Shown here in pieces: positions 34,543-39,513 of a stretch of 39,513 nt of DNA. The DNA comes from Geobacteraceae bacterium. Its GTDB lineage: Bacteria; Desulfobacterota; Desulfuromonadia; Desulfuromonadales; Desulfuromonadaceae. Where the stretch lies: the NCBI GenBank assembly GCA_020201305.1, contig JAIVHC010000154.1:1-39513 (forward strand), given 5' to 3'. The notes under the pieces are model-generated. The model ran no database searches. It was given only the letters and a program-made list of their open reading frames with translations, and was not told the DNA's origin. The translations under genes were made by a program, and so were the position numbers. Every line of letters starts with the position of its first letter. Position 1 is the stretch's first letter.

Positions 34543-35958
34543 ATGCACACAAAACAACCGTCCCTGGTTGACACCCATGCCCATCTTGATGGATCCCGCT
34601 TTGCCGAGGATCTAGATCTTGTTCTGAAAAGAGCTGTAGATGCAGGCGTACGCAGCATAATCACCGTGGGATGCGATCTGGATAGCTCGCGCGCAAGCGT
34701 GCGTCTCGCTAAGGATTCAGAAACGAACGGATCTTCGTCACGCTTACCCCGAATATATGCGAGCGTCGGGGTACACCCGCACGATGCTTCCGACCTCACC
34801 CCGGAGGTGATAGAAGAATTACGTGCCCTGGCACAATCTGATGCTGTCGTAGCCATTGGTGAAACCGGCCTTGACTTCTTCAGGAATCGCTCAGCGCGAG
34901 AACAACAGCTCGAAGCGTTCCGCAGGCAGATTCACCTGGCTAAAGAATGTGGCAAACCCCTGATCATTCATGATCGCGATGCACATGCAGATATACTCGA
35001 CATAATGCGCGCTGAAAATGCGCATGAATGCGGAGGGGTTCTTCACTGCTTCAGCGCTGATGTGGAGATGGCTAACGCCTGCGTAGATCTCGGCTTTCAC
35101 ATCTCTTTTACCGGCAATATCACCTACCCCAAAAATGAGATATTGCGTGATGTAATCCGCAATATCCCCCTGGAGCGGATCCTGGTGGAGACCGACTGCC
35201 CCTACATGGCACCGCAGTCGAAGCGCGGCAAGCGCAACGAACCCGCATACACCACGGAAACCGCAGACAAAATAGCTGAATTGCGCGGCCTGACCCTGCA
35301 CGATATTGCGCGTATCACCAGCCTCAACGCCTTTGAACTCTTCGGGGTCGGACAGGTGGATCAAGCGGTAAAAATAGCGTACCGCATCCGCAATTCCCTG
35401 TATCTCAATATCACCAACCGCTGCACCAACAGCTGTACCTTTTGCACCAAATTCCAAGACTTTAAAGTTAAAGGGCATCAGCTTAAACTCGATCACGAAC
35501 CGGATGTGCAGGAAATTATCGATGCTATCGGTAGCCCGCAGGGGTATGAGGAGGTAGTGTTCTGTGGTTACGGGGAACCTCTTCTGCGTCTCGATTGCGT
35601 AATTGAGGTGGCACGCTGGTTGAAACAGCACGGGGTAAAGGTGCGTATCAACACCGATGGCCAGGCCAATCTGGTACATGGGCGCAACGTACTCCCGGAA
35701 CTCGAGGGGCTGGTGGATTCAATCTCAGTTTCTCTCAATGCCTCCAGCGCGGAAGAATACCAGCGTCTATGCCGCTCTGAATTCGACCTTGACGGATACA
35801 ACGGAGTTAAAGATTTTATCTACAAAGCAACCAAATACATCCCCAACGTAACCGCATCCGCCGTCACTGTACCCGGCGTGGATATCGAAGCGTGCGCCGC
35901 AGTCGCAACAGAACTGGGAGCAGAATTCCGCAAGCGCATCTATAACGAAGTAGGATAA
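34543..35958 (+). CDS. TatD-family metal-dependent hydrolase fused to a C-terminal radical SAM domain
   Basis: The N-terminal ~260 aa is TatD (LVDTHAHLD, AIGETGLDF, PLIIHDRDAH, VLHCFS, ETDCPYMAP). The C-terminal ~200 aa has a CxxxCxxC radical SAM cluster motif (NITNRCTNSCTFCTK) and GYGEPLL. It is one continuous ORF. Confidence 0.8.
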   Translation: MHTKQPSLVDTHAHLDGSRFAEDLDLVLKRAVDAGVRSIITVGCDLDSSRASVRLAKDSETNGSSSRLPRIYASVGVHPHDASDLTPEVIEELRALAQSDAVVAIGETGLDFFRNRSAREQQLEAFRRQIHLAKECGKPLIIHDRDAHADILDIMRAENAHECGGVLHCFSADVEMANACVDLGFHISFTGNITYPKNEILRDVIRNIPLERILVETDCPYMAPQSKRGKRNEPAYTTETADKIAELRGLTLHDIARITSLNAFELFGVGQVDQAVKIAYRIRNSLYLNITNRCTNSCTFCTKFQDFKVKGHQLKLDHEPDVQEIIDAIGSPQGYEEVVFCGYGEPLLRLDCVIEVARWLKQHGVKVRINTDGQANLVHGRNVLPELEGLVDSISVSLNASSAEEYQRLCRSEFDLDGYNGVKDFIYKATKYIPNVTASAVTVPGVDIEACAAVATELGAEFRKRIYNEVG

Positions 35959-36029
35959 CACCGGGAGTTGCCCGGCAGCAGTGACATCAGTGATGTCATT
36001 AATATAAACCGAGCACAGAGGAGAAATAC

Positions 36030-37061
36030 ATGTCACAAAATCCGTGGCAACCACGCCAGGACCCGTTGGAGCAGGCCCTGGAAGCCATTGTAAAAAAGTT
36101 CAAGTCCACCGGCGGCCCCCCGAAAAAGTTGATTATGGGAATCGTAGTTGTGGCCCTTGTACTGTTCGGGGCGCAGAGCGCGTTCTACAAAGTTGATACT
36201 GAGGAAACCGGCGTGATTCTGCGTCTGGGGAAAAACATTGGCACAGCGACTCCAGGCCTGCACATGAAACTGCCCTTCGGCATCGATCAGGTTATTCCGG
36301 TTAAAACCGGACGCGTCCTCAAAGAGGAATTCGGCTTCCGTACCAGTCGTGCAGATGTACGCTCTTCCTACAGCTCACGTGAGTACGACGATGAGTCTCT
36401 AATTCTCACCGGCGATCTCAACGTTACCGATCTGGAGTGGGTCGTCCAGTACCAGATCATGGATCCGGTTAAGTTCCTCTTCAACATTGCAGACCCCAGC
36501 GCTACGATTCGGGATCTATCTGAAGCCATGCTCCGCATTGTCATCGGGAATTCGAAGGTTACCGATGTTCTGACCACTGATCGTGAGCGCCTCGCAATCG
36601 AGGTGCAAAAAGAACTACAGGCCATCTTTGACTACTACGATATCGGGATCCGGCTGGTGACAGTAAAATTTCAGGATGTAAATCCACCCAAGGAAGTAAG
36701 GGGTGCATTTAATGAAGTCAACGAAGCGGAACAACAACGTGAAAGCCTGATATTTCAGGCACGGGAACAGTACAACCGCGAGGTTCCCAAAGCACGCGGG
36801 GTAGCACGGAGTAAAATTCTGGATGCGGAAGGCTACGCCCTGGCACGGATCAACCGCGCCACCGGTGAGGCACAGCGCTTTAAGGATCTCCTCCGAGAAT
36901 ACGCCAAGGCCCCGGAAGTAACCAAAAAACGTCTATACCTGGAAAGGATGGAGCAAGTTTTGCCTGAGATAAAAGAACTTTATATCATCGACTCAGATCA
37001 ATCCGGTGTCATGCCCCTGCTTCCCCTGGGCAAAGGCTCACTTAGCGGAGGTGGCCAATGA
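36030..37061 (+). CDS. hflK: FtsH protease modulator HflK
   Basis: N-terminal TM segment followed by an SPFH/band-7 domain (FYKVDTEETGVILRLGK...). A GAGGAG RBS sits upstream. It is followed by hflC with an ATGA overlap. Confidence 0.9.
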   Translation: MSQNPWQPRQDPLEQALEAIVKKFKSTGGPPKKLIMGIVVVALVLFGAQSAFYKVDTEETGVILRLGKNIGTATPGLHMKLPFGIDQVIPVKTGRVLKEEFGFRTSRADVRSSYSSREYDDESLILTGDLNVTDLEWVVQYQIMDPVKFLFNIADPSATIRDLSEAMLRIVIGNSKVTDVLTTDRERLAIEVQKELQAIFDYYDIGIRLVTVKFQDVNPPKEVRGAFNEVNEAEQQRESLIFQAREQYNREVPKARGVARSKILDAEGYALARINRATGEAQRFKDLLREYAKAPEVTKKRLYLERMEQVLPEIKELYIIDSDQSGVMPLLPLGKGSLSGGGQ

Positions 37062-37981
37062 AAAAACTGATTATCCCACTGATTATTCTCTTAGTAATCG
37101 CGGCCAATTCATTCTTTATAGTCAATGAAGCCACCCAGGCTATTGTAACCCAGTTTGGAAAACCGGTAGGAGATGTACGCCATGCCGGACTCCACTTCAA
37201 GATTCCCTTTGTGCAGAAGGTACACACTTTTTCCAATCGTATCCTGAACTGGGATGCTGATCCGAATCAGATTCCCACGAGCGACAAAAAGTATATCTGG
37301 GTTGACACAACCGCGCGCTGGCGCATTGCCGATCCACTGCTGTTCTTCACCTCTGTAGCAACGGAACAGAATGCACAAAGTCGCCTGGATGACATCATAG
37401 ATTCTGTTGCCCGGGATCAGATTTCCGCGCACCGTCTTGTGGATGTAGTGCGTAGTGTAGATTACGCCGGCAATCTCAGCATCAGTTCTGATGAATTTGA
37501 CGAAAAGAAAGAGGATGAAGGGCATTCCATCGGGCGCGACAAGATTATGGATTATGTCCTTGAAAAAGCACGCGAAGACACCCCCGAGTACGGTATTGAT
37601 CTCATCGACGTCAAGATCAAGCGCATCAACTATGTCGATCAGGTACGTCAACGCGTATTCGAACGTATGATATCCGAACGTCAGAAAGTAGCGGCGGAGT
37701 ATCGCTCCGAAGGGGAAGGGGAAAAAGCCGATATCCTGGGGCAGATGCGTAAGGAACTCAAATCGATTGAATCAGAGGCATACCAGAAAGCAATTCAGCT
37801 TAAAGGTGCCGCTGATGCAAAAGCCGCAGCTATATATGCCGAAGCCTACAATCAGGATCCAGCCTTTTACAACTACGTGCGCACCCTGGAGTCGTACGGC
37901 ACTACCATAGGTGAAAATAATCGCGTCATCCTCTCAACGGATAGCGAATATTACAAATTACTAAAGCAGATAGATAATTAG
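37058..37981 (+). CDS. hflC: FtsH protease modulator HflC
   Basis: Signal-anchor followed by an SPFH domain (FIVNEATQAIVTQFGKPV...). It is translationally coupled to hflK. Confidence 0.9.
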   Translation: MKKLIIPLIILLVIAANSFFIVNEATQAIVTQFGKPVGDVRHAGLHFKIPFVQKVHTFSNRILNWDADPNQIPTSDKKYIWVDTTARWRIADPLLFFTSVATEQNAQSRLDDIIDSVARDQISAHRLVDVVRSVDYAGNLSISSDEFDEKKEDEGHSIGRDKIMDYVLEKAREDTPEYGIDLIDVKIKRINYVDQVRQRVFERMISERQKVAAEYRSEGEGEKADILGQMRKELKSIESEAYQKAIQLKGAADAKAAAIYAEAYNQDPAFYNYVRTLESYGTTIGENNRVILSTDSEYYKLLKQIDN

Positions 37982-38009
37982 TCTGTTCGATAGATACTAT
38001 GCAGTTGTT

Positions 38010-38065
38010 CTCCCCGGGGTTTTCGATATTCAGAGGATCCCGGGGAGCCCCCACCTTTTAGTTTT
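38010..38065 (+). terminator. Candidate terminator after hflC
   Basis: 9-bp GC-rich stem (ctccccggg 38010..38018 pairs with cccggggag 38039..38047) with a 20-nt loop, followed by a T-rich stretch (ccttttagtttt). The large loop lowers confidence. Confidence 0.4.
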
Positions 38066-38254
38066 CCTCCAGTTCATTAAAGCCCCTAAATTTATAACGT
38101 CAACACACAACACACCAAGTTACACAGCAACTCACTTAAAGTTGGCTTCGCTTAATGTTTTTTTAAGTATTTGCCCCTCAATTGTCGGGTGATGGGGATA
38201 AAACCAAAAAAATTAGGCAAAAAAACTGCCAGCCATATCACTAACAATCCATAA

Positions 38255-39513
<1,259 letters not shown>

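Noticed and set aside
38216-38228. Sigma-54-like element aGGCAaaaaaacTGCc about 40 nt upstream of gdhA
   Set aside because: The GG and GC dinucleotides are one nucleotide closer than in the strict TGGCAC-N5-TTGC spacing, and the flanking bases match poorly. I do not consider it supported.

Overview
This window looks like chromosomal DNA from a diderm (Gram-negative type) bacterium, judged from lptE, an lpxL-family acyltransferase, murJ and an outer-membrane CopB. GC looks moderate by eye. The tmk-holB-PSP1-metG-tatD and rnc-era-der gene order fits a Desulfuromonadales/Geobacter-like lineage, but that is only an inference. I support about 36 protein genes. Two of them run off the window edges and are missing from the ORF track: an aldehyde dehydrogenase at 1..1220 (-) and gdhA at 38267..39513 (+). 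From left to right the window holds:
- a four-gene amino-compound catabolic operon resembling ectoine degradation (doeA/doeD/doeC-like plus an M20 amidohydrolase);
- a stress cluster (DJ-1/PfpI, catalase, copB and a broken copA);
- a MoxR-DUF58-transglutaminase triad;
- an antiporter and an SDR;
- a frameshifted rqcH/NFACT gene;
- housekeeping genes (lpxL-like, trmL, murJ, rpsT, holA, a short lptE, leuS, infA, an orphan response regulator, der, era, rnc, tmk, holB, PSP1/ricT-like, metG, a TatD-radical-SAM fusion, hflKC, gdhA).

I found no rRNA, tRNA, CRISPR array, transposase, integrase or phage genes. I cannot point to a clear-cut new multi-gene system. The best candidates for unexplored biology are the doe-like operon with a non-canonical deacylase, the TatD-radical SAM fusion, the MoxR-DUF58-TgpA triad, and the PSP1 protein with a long basic tail. 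Three genes (copA, rqcH, lptE) look disrupted or truncated. That could be real gene decay or assembly/sequencing error, and read-level data would be needed to tell. All family assignments come from motifs I read in the translations; no database search was run.
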